Shown piece after piece: positions 45,473 to 55,374 of a DNA stretch of 60,457 nucleotides. Source of the DNA: Oscillospiraceae bacterium. Its GTDB lineage: Bacteria; Bacillota; Clostridia; Oscillospirales; Ruminococcaceae. The notes beneath the pieces were generated by a model. The model had not been told where the DNA came from, ran no database searches, and worked only from the letters and a program-made list of their open reading frames with translations. A program made the position numbers and the translations under genes. Within the stretch, counting starts at the first letter, position 1; every line of letters begins with the position of its first letter. The stretch spans positions 1 through 60,457 of the forward strand of contig JAFYZG010000165.1 in NCBI GenBank assembly GCA_017548825.1, in the 5' to 3' direction.

Positions 45473-48400
45473 GGATACTCGACGCAATCGCCGAAAGCAG
45501 ACAGATAGAAGAGCTGGCAGACTCTCTCAAAGGAAAGAAGAGAGCGTCGGCTCTCTTTGGCGCGCACAGGATCCATCGTGCGGTCTGTGCAGCGGCGTTT
45601 GCGCTGAGGACCGGGAAGAAGGTCATCGCGGTATTTGAGAGCGATGCGGATGCTTTCCGCTCCGCGGAAGACATCAGGACGCTCGGCTTTGAAAAAGCGG
45701 AAGCGATACCGTCAAGGGAGATCACTCTTCTCGATGTGGAAGGTGCCTCCAGAGAGGAAGAGATCGCAAGACTGTCCGTGCTCGGAAAAGCCGCAAGGGG
45801 AGAACTGGATCTGATCTGCTGTTCTGTCGAGGCGCTGTGTCTGCTGACTATGCCCCATGAAGTCTATCTTTCCAGACTCAGGGAGATCAGAAAGGGCGAC
45901 AGGATAGAACAGAGGGAACTGTCTTCCTCGCTGATGGACGCGGGATACACCAGGACGGAACGAGTGGAGGGAAGAGGACAATACGCCGTCAGGGGTGACA
46001 TTATCGACATCTTCCCCACTGACAGGGATGCGCCTGTGAGGATAGAACTGTTCGGCGACGAGGTCGACAGGATATCGGAATTCGCGGCCGATACGCAGAG
46101 AAGGACCTCGGATCTCGATAAGGCCGACATCTCGCCGGCGAGGGAGATCTCATTCTTCGGGCAGACTGCGGAAAGAGCAGAGGAGTTCTGCGGATCGCTG
46201 AAGGAAGGCCCTCTCAAAGAAGCGATCTCATCCGATCTGCAGGAGATGGCGGAGGGGATACTCCCTGCCTGTTCCGACAGATATCTCAACATATGCTACG
46301 ACCGGCCGGAGACGGCAGCGGATTATCTTCCGGATGCGGTTATATTCATCTCCGAGCCAGTGGAGCTGGAGACCCGATATAAAAACCTGATGCAGAGGCA
46401 TACGTACGACCTGGAGGATTTCTCCGGGAAAGGCCTCTATACAAAGGAGCTCGGGAAGTTCTATGCGGACATGGACGAGATCTTCGCGGACCATGACAGG
46501 GTGCTCTGCGAGACCTTCACCAGAGCTGTGGGGGAAAGGGTCCTCTCCGCTGTCGTAAATATAAGTTCAAATACTGTACCGAGATGGAACGGAGAGATCG
46601 CCATACTGTCAGAAGATCTGTCCGCGTACAGGGATACCGGATACAGATGTGTCGTGTTCACCGGTACCGCGAGAGCCGCGGAGGCGGTCAGAGGAGACCT
46701 TGAGACAGAAGGTTTTGAAGCCGAAGTCACGGATGTCTCACTTCCCGCCGAAGGACATGTCGCGGTCACGGAAGGATCGCTCTCGTCGGGGTTCGAATTC
46801 GCCCCGCTCAGGATAGCGGTCATATCGTCGTATAACGAGAACAGGAGAGCCGTCACTGTTTCCAGGCAGAAGAAGGCATCGGAATCCTTCGGAAGCCTTG
46901 AGGATCTCCGCAAGGGTGATTATGTCGTCCACAGGAACCACGGCATCGGAATGTTCGACGGGATCAGGAGGATAGACCATCACGGATACGTGGCGGACTA
47001 TATCACACTGAGATACCGGGACGGGGACATGCTCTACGTCCCCGTGACTAGCCTGGACATGGTGAGCCCCTACATCTCCGGGAAAGAAGACGCCAAGGTG
47101 ACGCTCAACAAGCTCAACTCGGACGAATGGAAGAAGACCAAGCAGAAGGTCTACAGATCTGTCAGGGAGATGGCGAAGGAGCTGATCGAGCTTTATGCCA
47201 GAAGGGAGAAGACGGAAGGCATCAGTTTCTCCTCCGACACGGAATGGCAGCGCGATTTTGAGGCGAGATTCCCCTACGAGGAGACAGAGGACCAGCTCAG
47301 GAGCTCGGAAGAGATAAAGAAGGACATGGAGAGCCGCAGGCCGATGGACCGGCTGCTCTGCGGAGACGTCGGCGTGGGCAAGACGGAGGTCGCTCTCAGA
47401 GCCGCCTTCAAGTGCGTGAGCGACGGGTATCAGGTCGCCATCCTGGTGCCGACGACCATCCTCGCATGGCAGCATTATCAGACGGTGCTTGAGCGCATGG
47501 ATCCGTTCCCCATCAAGACCGCGCTGCTGTCGCGGTTCGCAGATTCCAAAGCGATCAAGGCTGCCGTAGCCGGCATAAAGAACGGCACGGTGGATATCGC
47601 GATAGGAACGCACAGGCTCCTTCAGAAGGATATAGAGTTCAAAAAACTGGGACTGCTGATAGTTGACGAGGAACAGAGATTCGGCGTCGCCCACAAGGAA
47701 AAACTCAAGGAGAAATTCCCCGGAGTCGACGTGCTGACGCTGTCAGCCACTCCTATCCCCAGGACCCTGAATATGGCTATGAGCGGGATCAGGGACATGA
47801 GCACTATAGAGAATCCTCCCATCGATCGTCATCCGGTACAGACATATGTGACTGAATATGACGAGGACACGGTAAGGAATGCCATACGCAGGGAACTGTC
47901 CAGAGGAGGTCAGGTCTACTATCTGCACAACAGGGTGGAGACCATCGAAAGGACTGCGGCGCGGCTGCTGGAAATGATCCCCGAGGCGAGGATAGAGATC
48001 GCTCACGGGCAGATGAATGAACAGCAGCTGTCCGAAGTCTGGAGGAGGATGGTGGAGGGCGAATGCGACGTTCTGGTCTGCACGACCATAATCGAGACCG
48101 GTGTCGACATAGCCAACTGCAATACCCTGATAATAGAGGATGCCGATAACCTCGGGCTGGCACAGCTGTACCAGCTGAGGGGAAGAGTGGGAAGGAGCAG
48201 CAGGAGAGCATATGCATGGCTGCTGTTCCGCAAGGATAAAGTGCTCAATGAGATCTCCGCCAAGAGACTCGCCGCTATCAGTGATTTCACCGCATTCGGT
48301 TCCGGATTCAAAATAGCGATGAGGGATCTGCAGATCCGCGGAGCGGGCAGCGTTCTGTCCGCAAAGCAGAGCGGACACATACAGAACGTGGGTTATGAGA

Positions 48401-48918
48401 CGTACATACGGATCCTGGAGCAGGCTGTCAGTGACGAACAGGGCATTGAGGCTCCCGCAAAGGAGACGGAATGCAGGATAGATCTTCAGATCTCTGCGTA
48501 TATACCCGACAGTTATATAGAGGATATCGAGAGCCGCATAGAGATGTACAAGAGGATAGCCGATATCAAGTGCAAGGAAGACTATGATGAGGTCGTGAAC
48601 GAGCTCAGAGACAGATTCGGACCGCTGCCCGAATGCGTGAGACAGCTGTGCAGCGTCTCATCCGCCAGAGCGAATGCGGCGCGTCTCGGATTCTACGAGA
48701 TCAGGGGAAGGAACGGATCCGTGCTGATGTATATAGACGGCCTGAGCGACACACAGCTCAAGGCGGCGGTCAAGGCGCTGCCGGGCAGAGTCTACTATTC
48801 TGCAAGGGGAAAGAAGTATCTCACCATCAGCGATACGGATGACGGGGCTCCTCTGGAGGATATCTTTTTGGTGCTGGATGCTCTCAGAGATGCAGCAGGG
48901 GCATCCGAGGCATCATGA
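45469..48918 (+). CDS. mfd: Transcription-repair coupling factor Mfd
   Basis: UvrB-homology N-terminus, a CarD-like RID (GDYVVHRNHGIGMF), and a superfamily-2 translocase (LLCGDVGVGKTEVA, DEEQRFGV, TRG motif region). Its ATG overlaps the pth stop. Confidence 0.96.
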   Translation: MRILDAIAESRQIEELADSLKGKKRASALFGAHRIHRAVCAAAFALRTGKKVIAVFESDADAFRSAEDIRTLGFEKAEAIPSREITLLDVEGASREEEIARLSVLGKAARGELDLICCSVEALCLLTMPHEVYLSRLREIRKGDRIEQRELSSSLMDAGYTRTERVEGRGQYAVRGDIIDIFPTDRDAPVRIELFGDEVDRISEFAADTQRRTSDLDKADISPAREISFFGQTAERAEEFCGSLKEGPLKEAISSDLQEMAEGILPACSDRYLNICYDRPETAADYLPDAVIFISEPVELETRYKNLMQRHTYDLEDFSGKGLYTKELGKFYADMDEIFADHDRVLCETFTRAVGERVLSAVVNISSNTVPRWNGEIAILSEDLSAYRDTGYRCVVFTGTARAAEAVRGDLETEGFEAEVTDVSLPAEGHVAVTEGSLSSGFEFAPLRIAVISSYNENRRAVTVSRQKKASESFGSLEDLRKGDYVVHRNHGIGMFDGIRRIDHHGYVADYITLRYRDGDMLYVPVTSLDMVSPYISGKEDAKVTLNKLNSDEWKKTKQKVYRSVREMAKELIELYARREKTEGISFSSDTEWQRDFEARFPYEETEDQLRSSEEIKKDMESRRPMDRLLCGDVGVGKTEVALRAAFKCVSDGYQVAILVPTTILAWQHYQTVLERMDPFPIKTALLSRFADSKAIKAAVAGIKNGTVDIAIGTHRLLQKDIEFKKLGLLIVDEEQRFGVAHKEKLKEKFPGVDVLTLSATPIPRTLNMAMSGIRDMSTIENPPIDRHPVQTYVTEYDEDTVRNAIRRELSRGGQVYYLHNRVETIERTAARLLEMIPEARIEIAHGQMNEQQLSEVWRRMVEGECDVLVCTTIIETGVDIANCNTLIIEDADNLGLAQLYQLRGRVGRSSRRAYAWLLFRKDKVLNEISAKRLAAISDFTAFGSGFKIAMRDLQIRGAGSVLSAKQSGHIQNVGYETYIRILEQAVSDEQGIEAPAKETECRIDLQISAYIPDSYIEDIESRIEMYKRIADIKCKEDYDEVVNELRDRFGPLPECVRQLCSVSSARANAARLGFYEIRGRNGSVLMYIDGLSDTQLKAAVKALPGRVYYSARGKKYLTISDTDDGAPLEDIFLVLDALRDAAGASEAS

Positions 48919-48944
48919 CAGAGGCAGCGGACGGAGAGTGACAT

Positions 48945-50174
48945 ATGAGGGAAGAAAACAGCAACAGAAAGTATGTGATCAGAAGAGTCGCGGCACTTGT
49001 CATAGTGCTGGCGGTTATTGCCGGCGCGGGAACAATGCTGCTCAAAGGAAACTCCAGAAAAGCGGCCCGTAAAGCAGCACTGGACAGCCTGACACTGACG
49101 CCGGCCGATGATGCCGCAGTAAACTTGGCTTGTCCCGGCACTACATACAGGGGAGACAGCGGAGGAGGTTCTTTCGAGTACGGAACAGCGGTGGTGGATC
49201 CTATGTGTCTGATCGGGAGCCATACCGGGGAACTGGCTGTCGTAAAAGGGTCGGCAATCGACACATCAGTCGCCGGAGAATATGATGTGACGTTCAGACT
49301 GTCATGCACCGATGAATACGGCGCAAAAGTGACCAAGGACGTCAGCATGCGCTATTCAGTTACTGACACAGCAGCACCACAGATAGAGATACAGTATCCG
49401 ACAGTAACTCTCTTCACAGGTGAAGATTTCGATCCTCTGCAGAACGTTCTTTCAGCAAAGGATCCGGTCGACGGGGATGTTGAGGTCAGCGCAGATTCAG
49501 ATGTAGACACTGAAAAAGCCGGGTCGTACAGAGTCAGGATCACGGCATCTGACAAGAACGGGAACGATGCCAGCGCGGAGTATGCAGTCGATGTCGATGT
49601 GTTCGCGCCGGCGACTACTCCATCAGACGGCATCTATATGTATGCAGTTAAGGTCAACAGAGCCGCGAATACCATCACTGTCTACAAAAGAGACGGAAAC
49701 GGACAGTATACAATCCCCTACAAGGCAATGGTGTGCTCAACAGGAGACGCGACGCCTCTCGGCACATACTACACATATGACGACCCCTCCAACAGCAAGT
49801 GGTCTCCGAGATATCCCTGGTGGTCGCTTTACGGGGGAGTGTACGGGATGTATGCTACCGGTATCACCGGTGCGATCCTGTTCCATTCAGTGCCGTATTA
49901 CTCTCCGAACCGGAACGATCTGGAGTATGAGGAATACAACAAACTCGGAACAGCTGCATCAATGGGCTGTGTCAGACTGTCAGTCAGAGACGTCATGTGG
50001 ATATTCTCACACTGCCCCAAGGGAACGATGGTGGAATTCTATGATGATGCCGGGGATCCGGGACCTCTCGGGAAACCGGAGCCGATCCACATAGACACTT
50101 CCAGTCCGAACAGAGGGTGGGATCCGACAGATCCGGATCCGTCGAACCCATGGAATGCGGGATCTGCAGATTGA
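48945..50174 (+). CDS. L,D-transpeptidase (YkuD domain) with N-terminal anchor and two Ig-like repeats
   Basis: TM anchor, two repeats of the AGxYxV..........D type (Ig-like), and the YkuD active site ILFHSVPY...GTAASMGCVRLS. Confidence 0.88.
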   Translation: MREENSNRKYVIRRVAALVIVLAVIAGAGTMLLKGNSRKAARKAALDSLTLTPADDAAVNLACPGTTYRGDSGGGSFEYGTAVVDPMCLIGSHTGELAVVKGSAIDTSVAGEYDVTFRLSCTDEYGAKVTKDVSMRYSVTDTAAPQIEIQYPTVTLFTGEDFDPLQNVLSAKDPVDGDVEVSADSDVDTEKAGSYRVRITASDKNGNDASAEYAVDVDVFAPATTPSDGIYMYAVKVNRAANTITVYKRDGNGQYTIPYKAMVCSTGDATPLGTYYTYDDPSNSKWSPRYPWWSLYGGVYGMYATGITGAILFHSVPYYSPNRNDLEYEEYNKLGTAASMGCVRLSVRDVMWIFSHCPKGTMVEFYDDAGDPGPLGKPEPIHIDTSSPNRGWDPTDPDPSNPWNAGSAD

Positions 50175-50224
50175 TCCCATATCGGTGCAACATTTAAGCG
50201 CCAAGAAGACACATAAAAAGTGAA

Positions 50225-50260
50225 GGCAGATCCCGGAAAGACCCAGTTCCGGGATCTGCC
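50225..50260. other. Perfect 12-bp-stem hairpin in the Ldt / adaptor intergenic region
   Basis: GGCAGATCCCGG-12 nt-CCGGGATCTGCC. It has no U-tract on +. On the minus strand it is followed by TTCACTTTTTATG. Confidence 0.5.
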
Positions 50261-50291
50261 GCGAATACAGAAAAATCGAGGCTTGATTCGT

Positions 50292-51506
50292 ATGGATTCA
50301 AAAGTAAAAAAGAGAACATGGCTGATCATCGGAGCGCTCCTGGTCCTTGGAGCGGCATTGTTTGCGTTATGGTACTTTTTCCTTAGGGGAAACAGCGGAG
50401 ATACCGTATACGTGATGCCGGTCAGTTCGGTGGCGGAATTCGGCACCGGAAGTTCCAACCGATTCAGCGGTATCGTCGAAGCCCAGCAGACTGTTGATTT
50501 CCGCAAGGACAACACAAAGACGATCAAGACAACATATGTCAGCGAGGGAGACCATGTTGAAGTGGGAGACGTCCTGTTCTCCTACGACACGGATGCCATC
50601 AAGCTCCAGATATCACAGAAGAAGCTCGATATTCAGAGAGAGCAGGCAGCGATCACCAGCAACAATGAGATGATCGCTCTGACAGATGACGATCTTGAAA
50701 AGCAGAGGCTCCGCAACGAGAACAAGCAGATAGAGTACAGGATAAAGGCGATCCGCAATGAGCTTAACAGCCTTGAAGCGTCCATGGCCGAGACAGATGT
50801 TGTCAGCACTGTGGAAGGGACCGTAAAGCATGTATCTGACGGGACCGAAGCAGGGGATGTATATATATCTGTTATGAAATCCGGCGATTACGTGATCAAG
50901 GGGAAGGTCAATGAACTGAATCTTTCGCAGATCTCGCAGGGAACACAGGTCGCGGTCCACAGCAGGATCGACGGTTCCGTATGGAACGGATCGGTCTCCA
51001 GAATAGAAACAGGACAACCGGCAGATGAGAAGGAATACGGTTTCTATGTGTCAGACGAAATGTCCACCAGCTCAAAGTACTATTTTTATATTGAACTGGA
51101 GAGCAGCAGCGGGCTGTTCCTCGGACAGCATGTCGTCGTTGAGCCTCTCGGAGCTGCAGTCAAGAAAGGACTGTGGCTGTTTGAGGACTATATCATCGGG
51201 GCTGACGGCGATTCACCTTATGTCTGGGCTGACTCCAACGGGCGCATAAAGAAGACGTATGTCACGCTCGGAGAGTACGACGCCATGATCGGAAGCTGGC
51301 AGATCACCGAGGGGCTGACGATCAACGACTATATCGCATATCCTGACGGGAACATATCTGACGGGATGAAGACCACTACCGAGTATTCCGAGGAATCGTA
51401 CGAGGGAGTAGAATCCGGTGAATGGGAAGTCAGCTATGCAGAACCGGAAGAAGAGAGCGGAGAATTCTTTTTCGGTGCTGAAGTTCCGGAGGATGACGCC
51501 GAATGA
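50292..51506 (+). CDS. Efflux periplasmic adaptor (membrane fusion protein, HlyD/MacA family) 1
   Basis: N-terminal TM, a split lipoyl-like domain (VSEGDHVEVGDVLFSYD ... VSTVEGTVKHV) around a short coiled-coil hairpin, beta-barrel and MP domains, and an acidic C-terminal tail. I choose the start at ATG 50292. Confidence 0.85.
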   Translation: MDSKVKKRTWLIIGALLVLGAALFALWYFFLRGNSGDTVYVMPVSSVAEFGTGSSNRFSGIVEAQQTVDFRKDNTKTIKTTYVSEGDHVEVGDVLFSYDTDAIKLQISQKKLDIQREQAAITSNNEMIALTDDDLEKQRLRNENKQIEYRIKAIRNELNSLEASMAETDVVSTVEGTVKHVSDGTEAGDVYISVMKSGDYVIKGKVNELNLSQISQGTQVAVHSRIDGSVWNGSVSRIETGQPADEKEYGFYVSDEMSTSSKYYFYIELESSSGLFLGQHVVVEPLGAAVKKGLWLFEDYIIGADGDSPYVWADSNGRIKKTYVTLGEYDAMIGSWQITEGLTINDYIAYPDGNISDGMKTTTEYSEESYEGVESGEWEVSYAEPEEESGEFFFGAEVPEDDAE

Positions 51507-52198
51507 TCATCGACATCAAAAACCTGTATAAGGATTATCTCAACGGAGAGATGGTGGTGCCGGTCCTGAAGGATGTTTCATTCTCGGTGGATGAAGGCGA
51601 ATTCGTATCAATCATGGGCAGATCAGGAAGCGGTAAATCCACTCTGATGAATATCATCGGATGTCTGGACAGACCGACGTCCGGAAATTACCTGTTCAAT
51701 GGGGAAGATGTATCTGCCATGAGCGACGATGAACTGTCAGACCTCAGGAACAGAGGAGTCGGTTTTATTTTTCAGCAGTTCAATCTGCTGCCGAGGGACA
51801 CGGCCCTGGAGAATGTGGAGCTTCCTCTTGTGTATGCGAACGTGCCTGCACAGGAGAGAAAGGCCCGTGCGCTGGAGGCGCTGGAACGGGTGGATCTTGC
51901 AGACCGCGCCGAGTTTCTTCCGACGCAGCTCTCCGGAGGACAGAAGCAGAGAGTGGCGATAGCCAGAGCTATAGTGAACAACCCGAGCATACTTCTCGCA
52001 GACGAGCCCACCGGTGCTCTTGACTCCAGGAGCGGTGAACAGCTCATGGAACTGTTCTGTGATCTCAACAGACAGGGCATGTCGATCGTAATGATCACAC
52101 ATGAGAGAGGGGTAGCTGCATATGCGCAGCGCGTCATGATGCTCAGCGACGGTGTCCTGACCGACACAGATAAAGAGAGTCTGGAGGGCATCAAATGA
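51503..52198 (+). CDS. MacB/LolD-type ABC transporter ATP-binding protein
   Basis: GRSGSGKSTLMN, LSGGQKQRVAIARA, LLADEPTGALD. It has ATGA overlaps on both sides. Confidence 0.93.
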   Translation: MIIDIKNLYKDYLNGEMVVPVLKDVSFSVDEGEFVSIMGRSGSGKSTLMNIIGCLDRPTSGNYLFNGEDVSAMSDDELSDLRNRGVGFIFQQFNLLPRDTALENVELPLVYANVPAQERKARALEALERVDLADRAEFLPTQLSGGQKQRVAIARAIVNNPSILLADEPTGALDSRSGEQLMELFCDLNRQGMSIVMITHERGVAAYAQRVMMLSDGVLTDTDKESLEGIK

Positions 52199-53919
52199 AA
52201 AAGAACAAGACCCTCAGGAGGATCATATCTGCAGTAACGGTGCTGGCAGTCATTGCCGGGGCCATGTTCGGGGCGCGCGCATTGATCGATCATGGAAGAA
52301 AGATCCCGGTGACGCTCGTGGCCAATATTGCGGATATGTGGTATGACACCGGATCGTCAGGATACGGACAGATAAGTCAGGGAGGAGTACAGCAGGTCTG
52401 GAACGATTCCGGAAAGCTGGTCAGCAAGGTCTATGTTTCTGCCGGAGACAAGGTGAGCAAGGGAGATCCTCTGGTCCAGTACGACATCTCTGAGGCCCGC
52501 CTGGAGGCAGACAACTGCAGGATCCTGTATGAGATGGCGAAAAGAGATCTGAACAAAGCGCAGGAGAGACTGGAATACATCAAGACGTTCCGGCCCAACG
52601 AGAGACCGGAACCGATTCGCAGGATATTCGAAGAACCTGTTGATCTGCATTTTGAAGACGAGACATTAGTAGTAGACTCCGGTGAAGCTTCTGTTGAAGA
52701 GGTCCTTCAGGACGGTAAGGCATTCTACATCATCAATATCAACACATACACCCCGATAACAAGACAGACGTTCGAGGCAATGCTCTCATACGAGCCGCAC
52801 ATGGCAAACCCGGAACCTGACTTCGAAGACGATGCGGAAAACGATCCTGAGGGAGATGTGTCTGCAGAAGAAACTTTATCAGATGAGCCGGTCGCTCCAA
52901 AGAATTTCTGTTTCAGGATATGGGCCAACTGCGCAGACATGGACAGCGTTCAGATCGCGACGGTAACTCCGGCAGCGGGTGAAGCGGCAAGAGTGCCTAT
53001 ACAGGGGTGGTTTGCAGAGAACGGATGGCTCGAGGAATACCCGGAACAGGAGACCTTCTTCTTTTCGGACGTATACACCGTCGATGAGATAACAGGAAAT
53101 GTCGAAGAAAGAACAGACGATCTCATAGGGAAAGTTTTCGTTTTCAAGCTGGAGCGTTCCAACGCACAGGTCCCGGAAACGGAGAGATACTCGCAGAGAG
53201 AGATCGACAACATGATCAGAGAGCAGAATGACCTGATCAGAGGGCTCAAGATCGACGTTGCACAGGCAGAGCTGAACTGGAGACAGGCAAAACAGGCCTC
53301 CGGAGACGGCATAGTACGGGCAGCACATGACGGCATCGTCATGAGCGTGGGAGATCCTTACAACGGTTACGAAGGAGAACCATTTATACAGGTCGGCAGC
53401 GGAGAAGGCTATCAGATAGTGAGCACGATCACGGAGCTGCAGCTCGGAACAGTCAAAGTCGGTGACACGATCACCGTCAATATGTGGTCGAACGGGATGA
53501 CGTACTCGGGGACCATCGTAAAGATATCCCCGTATCCCACCGACGACAGCATGAGTTACTACGGAGGCGGCAACGTATCCAATTATCAGTTCATTGCAGA
53601 CCTTGAATGCGAGGATGAGCTGCAGACCTGGGACGGCGGGGAAGTCATCCTTGATTCAGCATCCGGCGGGGAGAAGGGACTGTTTGCCCTCCAGGCTGCC
53701 TATGTCAGGGAAGACGGCGGCAGGAATTATGTGCTCAAAGTAGGGGAAGACGGAAGAGTCTACCGCCAGTATGTCGAAACAGGAAAAGTGATCTACGGTG
53801 GATGGTATGTAGAGATAATCAGCGGACTGACGCTGGATGACTACATCGCATTCCCCTACGGAAAGAATGCAGTGGAAGGCGCTAAAGCGGATTACGATTC
53901 CGAGGTGGGGATATGGTGA
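52195..53919 (+). CDS. Efflux adaptor (membrane fusion protein) 2 with large insertion in the hairpin
   Basis: N-terminal TM, lipoyl halves (VSAGDKVSKGDPLVQYD ... AAHDGIVMSV), and two helices separated by ~200 aa of non-coiled, acidic sequence. The C-terminal barrel/MP domains are similar to adaptor 1. Confidence 0.75.
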   Translation: MKKNKTLRRIISAVTVLAVIAGAMFGARALIDHGRKIPVTLVANIADMWYDTGSSGYGQISQGGVQQVWNDSGKLVSKVYVSAGDKVSKGDPLVQYDISEARLEADNCRILYEMAKRDLNKAQERLEYIKTFRPNERPEPIRRIFEEPVDLHFEDETLVVDSGEASVEEVLQDGKAFYIININTYTPITRQTFEAMLSYEPHMANPEPDFEDDAENDPEGDVSAEETLSDEPVAPKNFCFRIWANCADMDSVQIATVTPAAGEAARVPIQGWFAENGWLEEYPEQETFFFSDVYTVDEITGNVEERTDDLIGKVFVFKLERSNAQVPETERYSQREIDNMIREQNDLIRGLKIDVAQAELNWRQAKQASGDGIVRAAHDGIVMSVGDPYNGYEGEPFIQVGSGEGYQIVSTITELQLGTVKVGDTITVNMWSNGMTYSGTIVKISPYPTDDSMSYYGGGNVSNYQFIADLECEDELQTWDGGEVILDSASGGEKGLFALQAAYVREDGGRNYVLKVGEDGRVYRQYVETGKVIYGGWYVEIISGLTLDDYIAFPYGKNAVEGAKADYDSEVGIW

Positions 53920-55208
53920 GAAGCAGCGGATTCGGAGAAAACATCAAACTGGCATTCAGAGGGATCTTCACACATAAGATGAGATCCTTCCTGACCATGC
54001 TTGGCATAATCATCGGCATAGCCGCGATAATAGCCATAGTCTCGACGATCAGAGGGACGAACGAGCAGATAAAGCAGAATCTCATAGGAGCCGGAACGAA
54101 CAGCGTGACCGTCTGCATAAAGCAGAACGACTGGGAGTACGAGTTCGATTATATGAGCGTTCCGGACGGATTCTACCCTGTGTCAGATGAATCGATGGAC
54201 CAGATACGCAGTCTGCCCGGAGTTAAATGCGCAGCGAGATATCTCAGCAGAAAGAACTCGGCGAGCGTATACTGCGGATCAGTAACACTGGACGGCTGCG
54301 GAGTATTCGGCGTTGAAAGTGATTACTTCAATGCCGCGGGCCTTCAGCTTATCAAAGGAAGGCTGTTCGGTGAGCATGACATAAGCTCGTTCTCAAAAGT
54401 GGCGGTTCTGGACAGATCTGCCGCAAAAGCTCTGTTCAGCAGCGACGAGCCGATAGGGAAAACGATAGAGATAGGAAAGGAAGTGTTTCTGGTCGTCGGA
54501 GTTATAGACACGGAGAGCAGTTTCCGCCCCTCGATAGAGAGCATGGAAGACTACTACACCTATGTGGGAAACACCTCCGCGAAGGTTTATATACCGCTTG
54601 CCGACTGGCCGATACTCTTTCAGTTCGATGAACCGGAATCGGTCATAGTCAGATGCAAAGACACGGACAGTATGACTGACGTGGGAAGGAAGACTGCCGA
54701 GATACTGAACAATGCCCTCGGAATAGGAGAAGGAAAGGACGGCAAGAGCGGGGAATCGGATATCAGGTATAAAGCCGATGACCTTCTGGAACAGGCAAAG
54801 CAGATCCAGGATCTGAGCAAGAGCACCAACAGCATGCTTATATGGATCGCGGGAATATCTCTGCTGGTCGGCGGTATCGGAGTTATGAACATAATGCTCG
54901 TATCCGTGACCGAGCGCACAAGGGAGATCGGTCTCAAGAAGGCCCTGGGAGCGAAAAAGAGAGTCATCCTCGGTCAGTTCCTGACGGAAGCGGCCGTGCT
55001 TACCAGCGTCGGAGGGATCCTCGGAGTTGCGGTTGGCATCGCGCTGGCGTATGCGATACAGTTCATAGCACAGGTACCGGTGGCCATAAGCATTCCGGCG
55101 ATCGTCGTATCGGTGCTCTTCTCGACCGCAGTGGGACTTATCTTCGGGCTTCTGCCCTCGATACAGGCATCAAGGCTGGATCCTATAGAAGCGCTCCGGT
55201 ACGAATAA
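53913..55208 (+). CDS. MacB/FtsX-type ABC transporter permease
   Basis: TM1 (FLTMLGIIIGIAAIIAIV), a ~230-aa extracytoplasmic domain, and a C-terminal FtsX bundle (ERTREIGLKKALGAKK). It overlaps the adaptor-2 stop by 7 nt. Confidence 0.9.
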   Translation: MVRSSGFGENIKLAFRGIFTHKMRSFLTMLGIIIGIAAIIAIVSTIRGTNEQIKQNLIGAGTNSVTVCIKQNDWEYEFDYMSVPDGFYPVSDESMDQIRSLPGVKCAARYLSRKNSASVYCGSVTLDGCGVFGVESDYFNAAGLQLIKGRLFGEHDISSFSKVAVLDRSAAKALFSSDEPIGKTIEIGKEVFLVVGVIDTESSFRPSIESMEDYYTYVGNTSAKVYIPLADWPILFQFDEPESVIVRCKDTDSMTDVGRKTAEILNNALGIGEGKDGKSGESDIRYKADDLLEQAKQIQDLSKSTNSMLIWIAGISLLVGGIGVMNIMLVSVTERTREIGLKKALGAKKRVILGQFLTEAAVLTSVGGILGVAVGIALAYAIQFIAQVPVAISIPAIVVSVLFSTAVGLIFGLLPSIQASRLDPIEALRYE

Positions 55209-55222
55209 CGGTGGACGTCATG

Positions 55223-55268
55223 AGCTCCGCAGCCGCAGAAACGGCAGCGGAGCTTCTTTGTTCTTTTT
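55223..55268 (+). terminator. Intrinsic terminator after the ABC operon
   Basis: AGCTCCGC-loop-GCGGAGCT followed by TCTTTGTTCTTTTT. Confidence 0.75.
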
Positions 55269-55374
55269 CGGACGGCCGCTGCAAATAGCAGCGGCTATTA
55301 CGCGCAAATATGCCTGTATAATCCGCACGTCCTGCAATATACTTTTACTGTAAGAAAAGGAAGGAGGTACCGAA

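Noticed and set aside
46738-47694. 318-aa ORF antisense to mfd; likewise 39116-39991 (antisense to the MoaF-like gene), 34591-35538 (antisense to the RDD gene) and 15069-15683 (antisense to gap)
   Set aside because: All are in the codon-in-phase antisense frame of a well-supported sense gene. The same explanation applies as for the serS antisense ORF.
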